Position numbers and translations under genes: made by a program. Below, piece after piece: positions 23,794 through 33,068 of a stretch of DNA of 64,000 bases (its first letter is position 1; every line of letters begins with the position of its first letter). Origin of the DNA: an uncultured Acidobacteriota bacterium (GTDB taxonomy: Bacteria; Acidobacteriota; Thermoanaerobaculia; Multivoradales; UBA5704). Under the pieces are notes generated by a model, which was given only the letters and a program-made list of their open reading frames with translations, did not search any database and was not told where the DNA came from. The DNA is taken from assembly GCA_963792575.1 (NCBI GenBank), contig CAWBWZ010000010.1:285703-349702 (forward strand), in the 5' to 3' direction.

Positions 23794-23886
23794 GAACAAG
23801 GACGTAAAAGACAACAAGGACTGCAAGGACAAACAAGCCTTGGCTTTCGTCCTTGTCGTCCCTGTCGTCCTTTACGTCCTTGTTTT
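23794..23886. repeat. Hairpin built of 9-bp periodic units (CAAGGACNN x4 / GTCCTTGNN x4)
   Basis: Direct reading; sibling at 63224-63324. Confidence 0.75.
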
Positions 23887-24723
23887 TTCTGTAGACCGCC
23901 CTCGCGCCGCGCGCCGCCGGAAGGCCCGCGCCGTTTTCCGGTTGACATTCACCGCGATCTCCGGATTGAGCCGGGTGAGCCACCAGAGCAGCTTGGCGTA
24001 GAAGGGAAAAACGATCATCGCCCGGTTGCGCTCGACGCCCCTCAGTATCTTTCGAACCGCGACGTCGACATCCACGAACTTGAAGGGGATCAGCGAACGG
24101 ATCCCCTGCTGGCTCGTGCCGGCGTAGACGCCGTTCTCGAAGATGCGGCTCTGGATATACGCCGGGCAGACGGCGCTCACCTTGACGCCGAGATCCTCTC
24201 CCTCCGCCCTCAGACTGAGCGAGAGCCCCACGACGCCAAACTTGGTCGTGGCGTAAGGGAGGCCCAGGGCCATGCCGCCAATTCCGGCCAGGGAGGAGAT
24301 GTTGACGATGTGGCCCGAACCCTGTTGGATCATCCGGGCATAGCCTGCCATGGCGCCGTGGATCACCCCCCAGAGATTGACGTCCATCACCTTGCGCCAG
24401 ATCTCGAGAGGGATCTTCTGGGCTTCTCCGGCGGCGGCGAGCCCGGCATTATTGAACAGGTAGTCGAGGCGCCCATGATTGGCGATCGTCTCGTCGAGAA
24501 GCCGCTCGAACGCCGCCGCGTCCCGCACGTCGAGCGCCGCGCCGGAAGCCCGCCCGCCGGCATCCGTGATTCCCGCCGCTACGGTCCGGGCGCCCTCCTC
24601 CTGAACGTCCGTCACCACCACGACCGCCCCGCGCCGTCCAAGCTCCTCGCAAAGCGCCCGGCCGATCCCGGAAGCGCCGCCGGTCACCACCACCACGGCG
24701 TTCTGAAACGGGATCGCCGCCAT
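23872..24723 (-). CDS. SDR family oxidoreductase
   Basis: TGGASGIG, NNAG, YATTK (YxxxK). Confidence 0.92.
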   Translation of the reverse strand: MAAIPFQNAVVVVTGGASGIGRALCEELGRRGAVVVVTDVQEEGARTVAAGITDAGGRASGAALDVRDAAAFERLLDETIANHGRLDYLFNNAGLAAAGEAQKIPLEIWRKVMDVNLWGVIHGAMAGYARMIQQGSGHIVNISSLAGIGGMALGLPYATTKFGVVGLSLSLRAEGEDLGVKVSAVCPAYIQSRIFENGVYAGTSQQGIRSLIPFKFVDVDVAVRKILRGVERNRAMIVFPFYAKLLWWLTRLNPEIAVNVNRKTARAFRRRAARGRSTEKTRT

Positions 24724-24776
24724 CGCCAGTTCTCCCTTTAGAATGAAGGGAAGGATAGCACCAGCGGGAGACATCG

Positions 24777-24901
24777 GCGGCCTGCGACCTCACCCTCGGT
24801 CCCTCTCCTGAAGGAGAGGGAGGGCCTGACGGGCAACCTGTCGCGAAGTCGTCCCCCTTCTCCTTCAGGAGAAGGGGATAGGGGTTGAGGTCGCAGGCCA
24901 C
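24777..24901. repeat. 125-bp REP-doublet palindrome (copy 1)
   Basis: GGCCTGCGACCTCA...TGAGGTCGCAGGCC ends with internal CCCTCTCC-tgaa-GGAGAGGG hairpins; near-identical copy at 28486-28610. Confidence 0.85.
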
Positions 24902-25010
24902 CAACGCCCGAGATCGCGCTATAACGGTAACGCACACCCGTTTTTGACGCCTGTGTTTTCAGGAATACCTGTCGCCGGGCCGCGGCTCGGCGGTTTGAAG
25001 GAGGGTGTAG

Positions 25011-28000
25011 ATGTCGTCCATGCCGACCCGAAGCGACGATAGCCAGAGCTCTTCGCCCAATCCATCCCGCTCCCTCCCCAGACCCTTCTGGTTCGGAGCG
25101 GCCCTCCTCCTGTTCCTGATCAGCTCGTGGATCGCCTTCCGCCAGGAGCCCGCCCTCGACGCCTACCGGCAGACGAGCCCTCTGCATGCGGACTGGTGGC
25201 TGACCCCCGTCGAATTCAACGCGCCTCAACGCCTGCCGCAGGTCTGGGCCGACTTCAACGACGTCTTCGCGCTCGCGGGGACGGGTCACGTCTGGGCGGT
25301 GGGGAGCGGCGGCCTCATTCTGCACAGCGCGGACTCCGGGAAGCACTGGAGCCGGCAATATCTGGTTGATCCCAATGATCCGGTGGCCGATAGACCGATC
25401 AATGCCCCGCCAACGGCTCCTTCCAAGGGACCAACGGCCGCCGGGCTCAGGACGGAGCCCACGCCTTTGTGGCGCCGCATGACACCGACACCGCTGGAGA
25501 GCGCCGCTCTGCTTGGATTGATAATCAAGGCCGGACCGCCAGCCGATCAGCTCAACCCATCCCAGATGCCAATCGATCCCAAGCTCCAGGCCACCCCGCC
25601 AAACAGAGAGATCTCCCCTAACTCCGGCGTGTCGCCCGAGAATATGAATCCGGCCGGCGTCAACTCCCCTGGAGTTTCTCCTGAAAACGCGCAGGCGCAG
25701 AAGCCGACAGGGAGCACTGGCAAACGGGCGCCGAACAGGACCAACCGGCCCGCCAACCCAGCCCAGGCACCACTCCCAACCTATCCCCCCTCACCTCCGC
25801 CGACCACACCCAAGGAACCCGAGCTGACCTTGCGGGAGCTCGCGAGCTCGGATCTCTACAGCGTACATTTCGTCAATGCCCAGTACGGTTGGGTTGCGGG
25901 AGACAACGGGGCATTGTTTCTCACCCAAGACGGGGGGCTAAGGTGGGAGCGTAGAGATGCGGGAGTAGGCAAGCAAACTATTGATACAATCTTTTTTAGC
26001 GGTGCTTCAGAAGGTTGGGCATCGACAAGCCCTCCAAGAGAAGCGCTTGAGCCAGCAATAGCTGGGTATTATCAGATATTTGGTTCTTATTTTACCCACG
26101 ATCGCGGAAATCACTGGACCCGCACTGATTCAACCAAAATTAAATATCGCCTAAAATTGATTAAACACTACAAGCCGAACAATCAAACCTCCTGTCTCTT
26201 TTATGACAACAACACTGTGTGTCGTGGAGAGCGCATAGACCGTGGTGGCTACAGCGTAGAACCCCCGATGCCACCAACCTCTTGGGGCTCTTATAGTGCG
26301 ATCAGCGTATCCGGCGATCGAATCTGGATTGCAGATGCTCACGGCACTTTACGAATTAGCGATGATAGGGGTCAGACCTGGGGGCGCGCGACGCGGGACC
26401 TCGCGAATGCGACCGGTTCGTCCGGGAGCCATCACGTCTTACCCGCCCCCTGGTACTACCTAAGCCTGCTCGTCGTCGGCTTTCTGTTCGTTCCCGCGCT
26501 CAAATCCCCCGCACCCAAGGTGGTCTCCGAATCGGCGGCGGATCTGCTCGTTTCGGACAGTCCGATCAATTCGGACAAGGCCGACGTCTTCGACTTTAGC
26601 GCGGTCGCCCTCGGCCTGTCGCGCTTCCTGCGCAACGAGAAGACTGCGCCACCTCTCACTATTGCCGTCACCGGCGAGTGGGGGAGCGGCAAGAGCTCGC
26701 TGATGAACCTGCTGCGGGTGGACCTCGGACGCTATGGTTTCCGGCCGGTCTGGTTCAACGCCTGGCATCATCAGAAAGAAGAGAACCTCCTGGCGTCGCT
26801 GCTGGAGATGGTCCGCTCGCAGGCGATCCCGCCCTGGTGGCGGCCGGAGGGAGCCATCTTCCGGTTCAAGTTGCTCGGCATCCGGTGGGCGCGTTTATGG
26901 CCACTGATCGCCGCTCTCCTGATCGTCTCCTCCTTCTCGCTGGGTTATCTCCGGGCTCATCCCGGCCAGATCGACAAGGCCTGGGATTTCGTCAAGAGCT
27001 TCCCTCTCGATCCGGCGAAGTGGTTCGCCGACGAATCAAAAAAGATGGCGACGGGGAAGGAAGGAGACGCGAAGGTTCCCTGGTTCGTCTTCCTGCTCAG
27101 CTCCACCGGGCTCCTCATCTCGCTCTGGAAGGGTCTCAAGGGGTTCGGCGTCAATCCCGCGAATCTCCTTGCCAGAGACTCGGGCCGCGCAAAAGTGCGG
27201 GATCTCGAAAACCTGACCGGTTTCCGCCACCGCTTCGCGGCCGAGTTCCGCGACATCACGGCGGCACTCAATCCCCGGACCATGCTGATCCTGATCGACG
27301 ACCTCGACCGCTGCCGGCCCGAGATGGTCCTGGAGGTCCTCGAATCGGTCAACTTCCTGGTCTCTTCCGGGGACTGCTTCGTCGTGCTGGGGATGGCCCG
27401 CGAGCGCGTGGTGCGGTGCGTGGGCCTGGGGTTCAAGGACGTGGCGAGCGAGCTGCTCACGACCGATCCGCGCCCGGAGGAGAAGGATCTCCCCGCGGAA
27501 GAGCTGGCGCGGCGGCGGCGGATCGAGTTCGCCCAGCAGTACCTGGAAAAACTGATCAATATCGAGGTCCCGGTGCCCTCTCCCACGGATGCGCAGTCGC
27601 GGCGGCTGATGCTCGCCGGCGGCCCGCCGGAGGAAGAGCCGCGCGAGAGCCGCGGCCTCCGGCTCTGGCGCGAGGTCTGGCCGGTGATCCGGAAGGCCCT
27701 TCCGGCGGCCAGCGTCGTCCTCCTCCTGTTCCTCGGATATTGGCTCGGAGCGGCACGCACCGGCCGTCCAGGGGACGAGCCGAAGACCGCCACCGCATCC
27801 ACCGCGCCCAGCCAGCCCTCGGCGACACCGGCGATGTCTGTCCCGGGGTCGATCCCGGCGTCCTCCGGCGGGACACTCCCCAAGGGGCCGGCGCGGATGG
27901 AGGAAGGGGAGGAGGCCCGCCTGCCCCTGTGGCTCGTCGCCCTGCTCCTGATCGTCATCGTGGGGCTCGGGGTCTGGCGGCTCTCGATCCCACCCGGCGT

Positions 28001-28448
28001 GGTGCTCCGCGATTCCCAGGAGTTCGAGACCGCGCTCGCGACCTGGCACCCGCTGGTCTTCTCGTTCCGCAATACCCCGCGCTCAATCAAGCGGTTCCTC
28101 AACCGGGTGCGCTATCTCGCCATGCTGCAACGGGGACAGAGCGCGGAGCCGGTCGGCTGGCGGGCGGTCCTCGCGTGGCTGCTCCGGCGTCTGGCAGGCC
28201 GTCTGGAACAGACCGCGGCGGGCAACGGGCATCACACCACCATCCCCGAGGACGTCCTGGTGGCCCTGGCCGCCATCGATCACTGCCACCCCGAGTGGCT
28301 CGGGAACAACGAATTTTTTCTCGCGCCCCAGCTCGTTCTCGCCGGTCAGCCGATTCCGGACGAGATCCGGGCCGCCCTCCTGCGGACGCCTCTCGCGCCC
28401 TACCGCGAGGCCTACTCCCGGATGTCCAAGGGTATCCACATGAGCTGA
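25011..28448 (+). CDS. KAP family P-loop NTPase with N-terminal YCF48/BNR-repeat propeller region and TM segments
   Basis: WAVGSGGLILHSADSGKHW and TQDGGLRW Asp-boxes; Walker A GEWGSGKS; FNAW; Walker B ILIDDLDRC; YLEKLINI; TPRSIKRFLN. Confidence 0.88.
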   Translation: MSSMPTRSDDSQSSSPNPSRSLPRPFWFGAALLLFLISSWIAFRQEPALDAYRQTSPLHADWWLTPVEFNAPQRLPQVWADFNDVFALAGTGHVWAVGSGGLILHSADSGKHWSRQYLVDPNDPVADRPINAPPTAPSKGPTAAGLRTEPTPLWRRMTPTPLESAALLGLIIKAGPPADQLNPSQMPIDPKLQATPPNREISPNSGVSPENMNPAGVNSPGVSPENAQAQKPTGSTGKRAPNRTNRPANPAQAPLPTYPPSPPPTTPKEPELTLRELASSDLYSVHFVNAQYGWVAGDNGALFLTQDGGLRWERRDAGVGKQTIDTIFFSGASEGWASTSPPREALEPAIAGYYQIFGSYFTHDRGNHWTRTDSTKIKYRLKLIKHYKPNNQTSCLFYDNNTVCRGERIDRGGYSVEPPMPPTSWGSYSAISVSGDRIWIADAHGTLRISDDRGQTWGRATRDLANATGSSGSHHVLPAPWYYLSLLVVGFLFVPALKSPAPKVVSESAADLLVSDSPINSDKADVFDFSAVALGLSRFLRNEKTAPPLTIAVTGEWGSGKSSLMNLLRVDLGRYGFRPVWFNAWHHQKEENLLASLLEMVRSQAIPPWWRPEGAIFRFKLLGIRWARLWPLIAALLIVSSFSLGYLRAHPGQIDKAWDFVKSFPLDPAKWFADESKKMATGKEGDAKVPWFVFLLSSTGLLISLWKGLKGFGVNPANLLARDSGRAKVRDLENLTGFRHRFAAEFRDITAALNPRTMLILIDDLDRCRPEMVLEVLESVNFLVSSGDCFVVLGMARERVVRCVGLGFKDVASELLTTDPRPEEKDLPAEELARRRRIEFAQQYLEKLINIEVPVPSPTDAQSRRLMLAGGPPEEEPRESRGLRLWREVWPVIRKALPAASVVLLLFLGYWLGAARTGRPGDEPKTATASTAPSQPSATPAMSVPGSIPASSGGTLPKGPARMEEGEEARLPLWLVALLLIVIVGLGVWRLSIPPGVVLRDSQEFETALATWHPLVFSFRNTPRSIKRFLNRVRYLAMLQRGQSAEPVGWRAVLAWLLRRLAGRLEQTAAGNGHHTTIPEDVLVALAAIDHCHPEWLGNNEFFLAPQLVLAGQPIPDEIRAALLRTPLAPYREAYSRMSKGIHMS

Positions 28449-28485
28449 GGGGGAGCGACAGACAAAGCGCTTTGCTTCGGCCTCA

Positions 28486-28610
28486 GCGGCCTGCGACCTC
28501 ACCCTCTGTCCCTCTCCTGAAGGAGAGGGAGGACCTGACGGGCAATCCGTCTCGCAGTCGTCCCCCTTCTCCTTCAGGAGAAGGGGATAGGGGATGAGGT
28601 CGCAGGCCAC
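28486..28610. repeat. 125-bp REP-doublet palindrome (copy 2)
   Basis: About 7 mismatches to 24777-24901 by manual alignment, same orientation. Confidence 0.85.
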
Positions 28611-28670
28611 GGACGTCCCCTCCCTCTACTTGTGTCAGGATAGGCGCCGCGCGGTGGAAGGAGGTGTTGA

Positions 28671-31100
28671 ATGCCTGAAGGACCGCTCTCCCCTGAAATC
28701 CTGCGGAAGATCGACGCCTGGTGGCGTGCGGCGAACTATCTCTCCGTGGGGCAGATCTATCTCTACAAGAACCCGCTGCTCAAAGAGCCGCTGACGATCG
28801 AGCACATCAAGCCCCGGCTCCTCGGCCACTGGGGGACGACCCCCGGGCTCAACTTCCTCTGGGTCCACCTGAACCGGATCATCCGGCAGCGCGATCTCAG
28901 CATGATCTACATCACCGGTCCCGGCCACGGCGGCCCGGGGATCGTGGCCAACGCCTATCTCGAGGGGACCTACAGCGAGGTTTACCCCGACGTCTCCCGG
29001 GACGAGAACGGGATGCGCCGCCTGTTCAAGCAGTTCTCCTTCCCCGGCGGCATTCCGAGCCACGCGGCGCCCGAGACCCCGGGCTCGATCCACGAGGGGG
29101 GCGAGCTCGGCTATGCCCTCTCTCACGCCTATGGCGCGGTGTTCGACAACCCGGACCTGATCGCCGCCTGCGTCATCGGCGACGGCGAGGCCGAGACCGG
29201 CCCGCTCGCCACCAGCTGGCACTCGAACAAGTTCCTCAACCCGGTCCACGACGGCGCCGTGCTCCCCGTTCTTCACCTCAACGGCTACAAGATCGCCGGC
29301 CCCACCGTGCTCGCCCGCATCCCGCACGAGGAGCTGGACAGCCTGATGCGGGGCTACGGCCACAAGCCCTACTTCGTCGAAGGGGACGACCCCGCGGCCA
29401 TGCACGAGCGCATGGCCGCGGTGATGGACGAGGTGTTCGACGAGATCCGCCGCATCCAGTCCGAGGCGCGGACGAACGGCTTCAAGGAGCGCCCCTGCTG
29501 GCCGATGATCGTGCTGCGTTCTCCCAAGGGGTGGACCGGTCCCAGGGTGGTGGACGGCAAGCCGGTCGAGGGGACCTGGCGCGCCCATCAGGTGCCGCTG
29601 TCCGAGATGGCCGCGAACCCCGGGCACGTCAAGATGCTCGAGGAGTGGATGCGCGGCTACCGCCCGGACGAGCTGTTCGACGACAACGGCCGGCTCCGTC
29701 CGGAGATCGCGGAGCTCGCCCCCGAGGGGGAGCGGCGGATGAGCGCCAACCCGCATACCAACGGCGGCGCCGTGCTGCGCAACCTGCGGCTGCCCGACTT
29801 CCGCGACTACGCGGTGGAGGTCGCCTTCCCCGGCGCGACCCTGGGCGAGGCCACCCGCGTGCAGGGCAAGCTCCTGCGCGACGTGCTCCGGCTCAACGCC
29901 GAGTCCCGCAACTTCCGCATCTTCAGCCCGGACGAGACGGCCTCCAACCGCTGGAACGACGTCTTCGAGGCCACCGACCGCGAGTCCACGGCCGAGCTCC
30001 TCCCCACCGACGAGAACGTCGGCCCCGACGGCCGCGTCATGGAGGTGCTCTCCGAGCACCAGTGCGAGGGGTGGCTGGAGGGGTACCTGCTGACCGGCCG
30101 GCACGGCATCTTTTCCTGCTACGAGGCGTTCATCCACATCATCGACTCGATGTTCAACCAGCACGCGAAGTGGCTGAAGACGATCCGCGAGATCCCCTGG
30201 CGGCGCCCGATCGCCTCGCTCAACTACATGCTGACCTCCCACGTCTGGCGGCAGGACCACAACGGCTTCAGCCACCAGGACCCGGGGTTCATCGATCACG
30301 TCGCCAACAAGAAGGCCGAGGTGGTGCGCATCTACCTGCCGCCGGACGCCAACTGCCTGCTCTCGGTGACCGATCACTGCCTGCGCAGCCGCAACTACGT
30401 CAACGTGATCGTCTGCGGCAAGCAGCCGGCCCCGCAGTGGCTGGACATGGACGCCGCCGTCAAGCACTGCACGGCCGGCGTCGGCATCTGGGAGTGGGCG
30501 AGCAACGACCAGGGGGGCGAGCCCGACGTGGTGATGGCCTGCGCCGGCGACGTCCCCACCCTGGAGACCCTGGCCGCCGTCGACCTGATGCGGCGCGAGC
30601 TGCCGGACCTCAAGATCCGCGTCGTCAACGTCGTCGACCTGATGACGCTGCAGCCGCCCGGCGAGCACCCGCACGGCCTGTCGGACAAGGAGTTCGACAT
30701 CCTGTTCACCGAGGACAAGCCGGTCATCTTCGCCTTCCACGGCTACCCCTGGCTGATCCACCGCCTCACCTACCGGCGGAAGAACCACGACAACCTCCAC
30801 GTCCGCGGTTACAAGGAGGAGGGCACGACCACCACCCCCTTCGACATGGTGGTGCGCAACGACCTCGACCGCTTCCACCTGGTGGCCGACGTCATCGACC
30901 GCGTCCCCAAGCTCGGCTCCCGCGCCGCCTATCTCAACCAGATGACGCGCGACAAGCTGATCGAGCACCAGGAGTACATCCGCAAACATGGTGACGACAT
31001 GCCCGAGATCCGCGACTGGGCCTGGCAGAACAAGGGCGCGCCCTCAGGCGGCGGCAAGGAGACGGGCGAGGATGCGGATGGGAAGCGGGTGGAGGGGTAG
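28671..31100 (+). CDS. xfp: Phosphoketolase (XFP family)
   Basis: [52 protein letters not shown]. Confidence 0.96.
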   Translation: MPEGPLSPEILRKIDAWWRAANYLSVGQIYLYKNPLLKEPLTIEHIKPRLLGHWGTTPGLNFLWVHLNRIIRQRDLSMIYITGPGHGGPGIVANAYLEGTYSEVYPDVSRDENGMRRLFKQFSFPGGIPSHAAPETPGSIHEGGELGYALSHAYGAVFDNPDLIAACVIGDGEAETGPLATSWHSNKFLNPVHDGAVLPVLHLNGYKIAGPTVLARIPHEELDSLMRGYGHKPYFVEGDDPAAMHERMAAVMDEVFDEIRRIQSEARTNGFKERPCWPMIVLRSPKGWTGPRVVDGKPVEGTWRAHQVPLSEMAANPGHVKMLEEWMRGYRPDELFDDNGRLRPEIAELAPEGERRMSANPHTNGGAVLRNLRLPDFRDYAVEVAFPGATLGEATRVQGKLLRDVLRLNAESRNFRIFSPDETASNRWNDVFEATDRESTAELLPTDENVGPDGRVMEVLSEHQCEGWLEGYLLTGRHGIFSCYEAFIHIIDSMFNQHAKWLKTIREIPWRRPIASLNYMLTSHVWRQDHNGFSHQDPGFIDHVANKKAEVVRIYLPPDANCLLSVTDHCLRSRNYVNVIVCGKQPAPQWLDMDAAVKHCTAGVGIWEWASNDQGGEPDVVMACAGDVPTLETLAAVDLMRRELPDLKIRVVNVVDLMTLQPPGEHPHGLSDKEFDILFTEDKPVIFAFHGYPWLIHRLTYRRKNHDNLHVRGYKEEGTTTTPFDMVVRNDLDRFHLVADVIDRVPKLGSRAAYLNQMTRDKLIEHQEYIRKHGDDMPEIRDWAWQNKGAPSGGGKETGEDADGKRVEG

Positions 31101-31257
31101 GCCCTCATCACCCCGGCCCTCTTCTCCCAGCCTCCCCCCCTTCCTGACGGGAGAAGAGGGAGAAGTTAGTCAAAAACCCCAGATCCTTCTTCTTTAAGCC
31201 CCTCTCTCCCGGCGGGAAGGGGGGAGGCTGGGAGAGAGGGGTTGGGGAGTGAGGGCC
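31100..31257. repeat. REP-doublet palindrome between convergent xfp and ackA
   Basis: GGCCCTCA...TGAGGGCC ends; CTCCCAGCCTCCCCCC / GGGGGGAGGCTGGGAG arms. Confidence 0.75.
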
Positions 31258-31299
31258 GCGGCGGCGGAAATGATCCGATTCCCCGGAGACCGCCCGGCG

Positions 31300-32544
31300 T
31301 CAGTTCTTTTTGCCGCTGCCCTTCGCGTCCCCCACAATCCCCACCGCATCCCGAGCAATCATCAGCTCCTCATTCGTCGGCACCACGAACACCCGCGACC
31401 GCGCCCCCTCCGGCGAGATCTCGGCCTCGGTCCCCTTCGCCTCCGCATTGCGCGCCGAATCGAGGGTGAGCCCGAGGGCGTCGAGGCCGCGCATCGTCCT
31501 CTCGCGCACCGCCGGGGAGTTCTCGCCGATGCCGCCGGCGAAGGCGATGGCGTCCACCCCGCCCAGCGCAGCCACATAGGAGCCGATGTACTTGCGCAGC
31601 CGGTAGCAGAAGATGTCGATCGCCAGGCGGGCCCGATCGCTCCCCTTCTCCTCGGCTTCCAGCAGCGCGCGCATGTCGGACGACAGCCCGGAGATCCCCA
31701 GCAGGCCGCTGTGCTTGTTCATCAGCGCGCTCGCCTCGGCGGCGCCGAGCTCGTCGCGCCCCATGATAAACAGCAGCGCCGCCGGATCGAGATCGCCGCA
31801 GCGGGTGCCCATCACCAGCCCCTCCAGCGGGGTGAAGCCCATCGAGGTGTCGACCGACTTGCCACCCAGCACGGCGCAGGCCGAGGCGCCGTTGCCGAGA
31901 TGGCAGGTGATGAGCCGCAGCCCGGGGTCCCCCTCGCGGCCGAGCAGCGCGGCGAGGCGCCCGGAGACGAAACGGTGCGACGTGCCGTGGAAGCCGAACC
32001 GCCGCATGCCGAAGCGCTGGTAGAGGCTGTAGGGGAGCGCGTAGAGATAGGCCGCCTCCGGCATGGTGTGGTGGAACGCGGTGTCGAACACCGCCACCTG
32101 GGGAGCGTTCGGCAGCACGGCCTTGGCGGCCTGGTAGCCCTGGAGGTTGGCGGGATTGTGCAGCGGCGCGAGCGCGATGTTGGCCTCGATCCCCTCGATC
32201 ACCTCCTCGTCGATCAGCACCGAGGACTGGAACCGCTCGCCGCCATGGACGACCCGGTGCCCGACGGCGCCGATCTCGTCCTTGTGGGGGATGACGCCGG
32301 TCTTCGGGTCGGTCATCACCGCCAGCGCCCGCTCGACCGCCGTCCGGTGCTGAAATGCCCCGATCGCGTCGCGGACCGGCTTCTTCCCCTCCGCCTCGTA
32401 GTGGAGGACCGCCGTCCCGCCGGCGTCCTCGACGAGCCCCTTGGCCAGCGTCCGGTCGCGCCCGTCGCGGGCCATCGCCTCGTCGGTTTCGATGAGCTGG
32501 AACTTGAGCGTCGAGCTGCCGCAGTTGAGAACCAGGACCTTCAT
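31300..32544 (-). CDS. ackA: Acetate kinase
   Basis: MKVLVLNCGSSTLK, GHRVVHGG, APLHNP, FDTAFH, GFHGTSH, HLGNGAS, GGIGENS. Confidence 0.96.
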   Translation of the reverse strand: MKVLVLNCGSSTLKFQLIETDEAMARDGRDRTLAKGLVEDAGGTAVLHYEAEGKKPVRDAIGAFQHRTAVERALAVMTDPKTGVIPHKDEIGAVGHRVVHGGERFQSSVLIDEEVIEGIEANIALAPLHNPANLQGYQAAKAVLPNAPQVAVFDTAFHHTMPEAAYLYALPYSLYQRFGMRRFGFHGTSHRFVSGRLAALLGREGDPGLRLITCHLGNGASACAVLGGKSVDTSMGFTPLEGLVMGTRCGDLDPAALLFIMGRDELGAAEASALMNKHSGLLGISGLSSDMRALLEAEEKGSDRARLAIDIFCYRLRKYIGSYVAALGGVDAIAFAGGIGENSPAVRERTMRGLDALGLTLDSARNAEAKGTEAEISPEGARSRVFVVPTNEELMIARDAVGIVGDAKGSGKKN

Positions 32545-32668
32545 GGGTGGAGCGCCCCTCCTTCCTGCCGGGTTGGATGGTATACAACTCTCACGCCGAG
32601 TGTGGTAAATGCTGGTGCGCCACCGGTCCGGACGGCCGCGTGAGCTTTGATCCAAGGAGAGGAACGCG

Positions 32669-33067
32669 ATGGAGATCCGGCAGTTCAGGGTGATGATCCG
32701 CGCCTCGAACTTCGAGCGCGCGACGAAATTCTATGGCGGCGCCCTGGCGCTGCCGCAGCTCCAGAGCTGGAACCGCGAGGACGAGCGGGGGGTGGTCTAC
32801 CAGGCCGGCTCGGCCGTGGTCGAGGTGGTCGGCCCGCCGGTCAACGAGGATCCCCGCTCCAACGACGAGCGCTTCAAGGCCCAGGGACCGCGCATCCAGG
32901 CGGCCCTGGTCTTCGATGTCGCCTCCGCGGAGGCCGCCTTCCGCGACATCTCCTTCCGCGAGAAGAACATCCCCGGCGGCCTGGAGAAGGACGATCAGGG
33001 GCGGCTGACCTTCGTCACCCACGACCCGGACAACATCCGGGTCATCTTCCGGGAAACGGGCGCCTGA
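32669..33067 (+). CDS. VOC/glyoxalase family protein
   Basis: FERATKFYGGALAL...HDPDNIRVIF pattern; RBS AAGGAG. Confidence 0.75.
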   Translation: MEIRQFRVMIRASNFERATKFYGGALALPQLQSWNREDERGVVYQAGSAVVEVVGPPVNEDPRSNDERFKAQGPRIQAALVFDVASAEAAFRDISFREKNIPGGLEKDDQGRLTFVTHDPDNIRVIFRETGA

Positions 33068-33068
33068 G

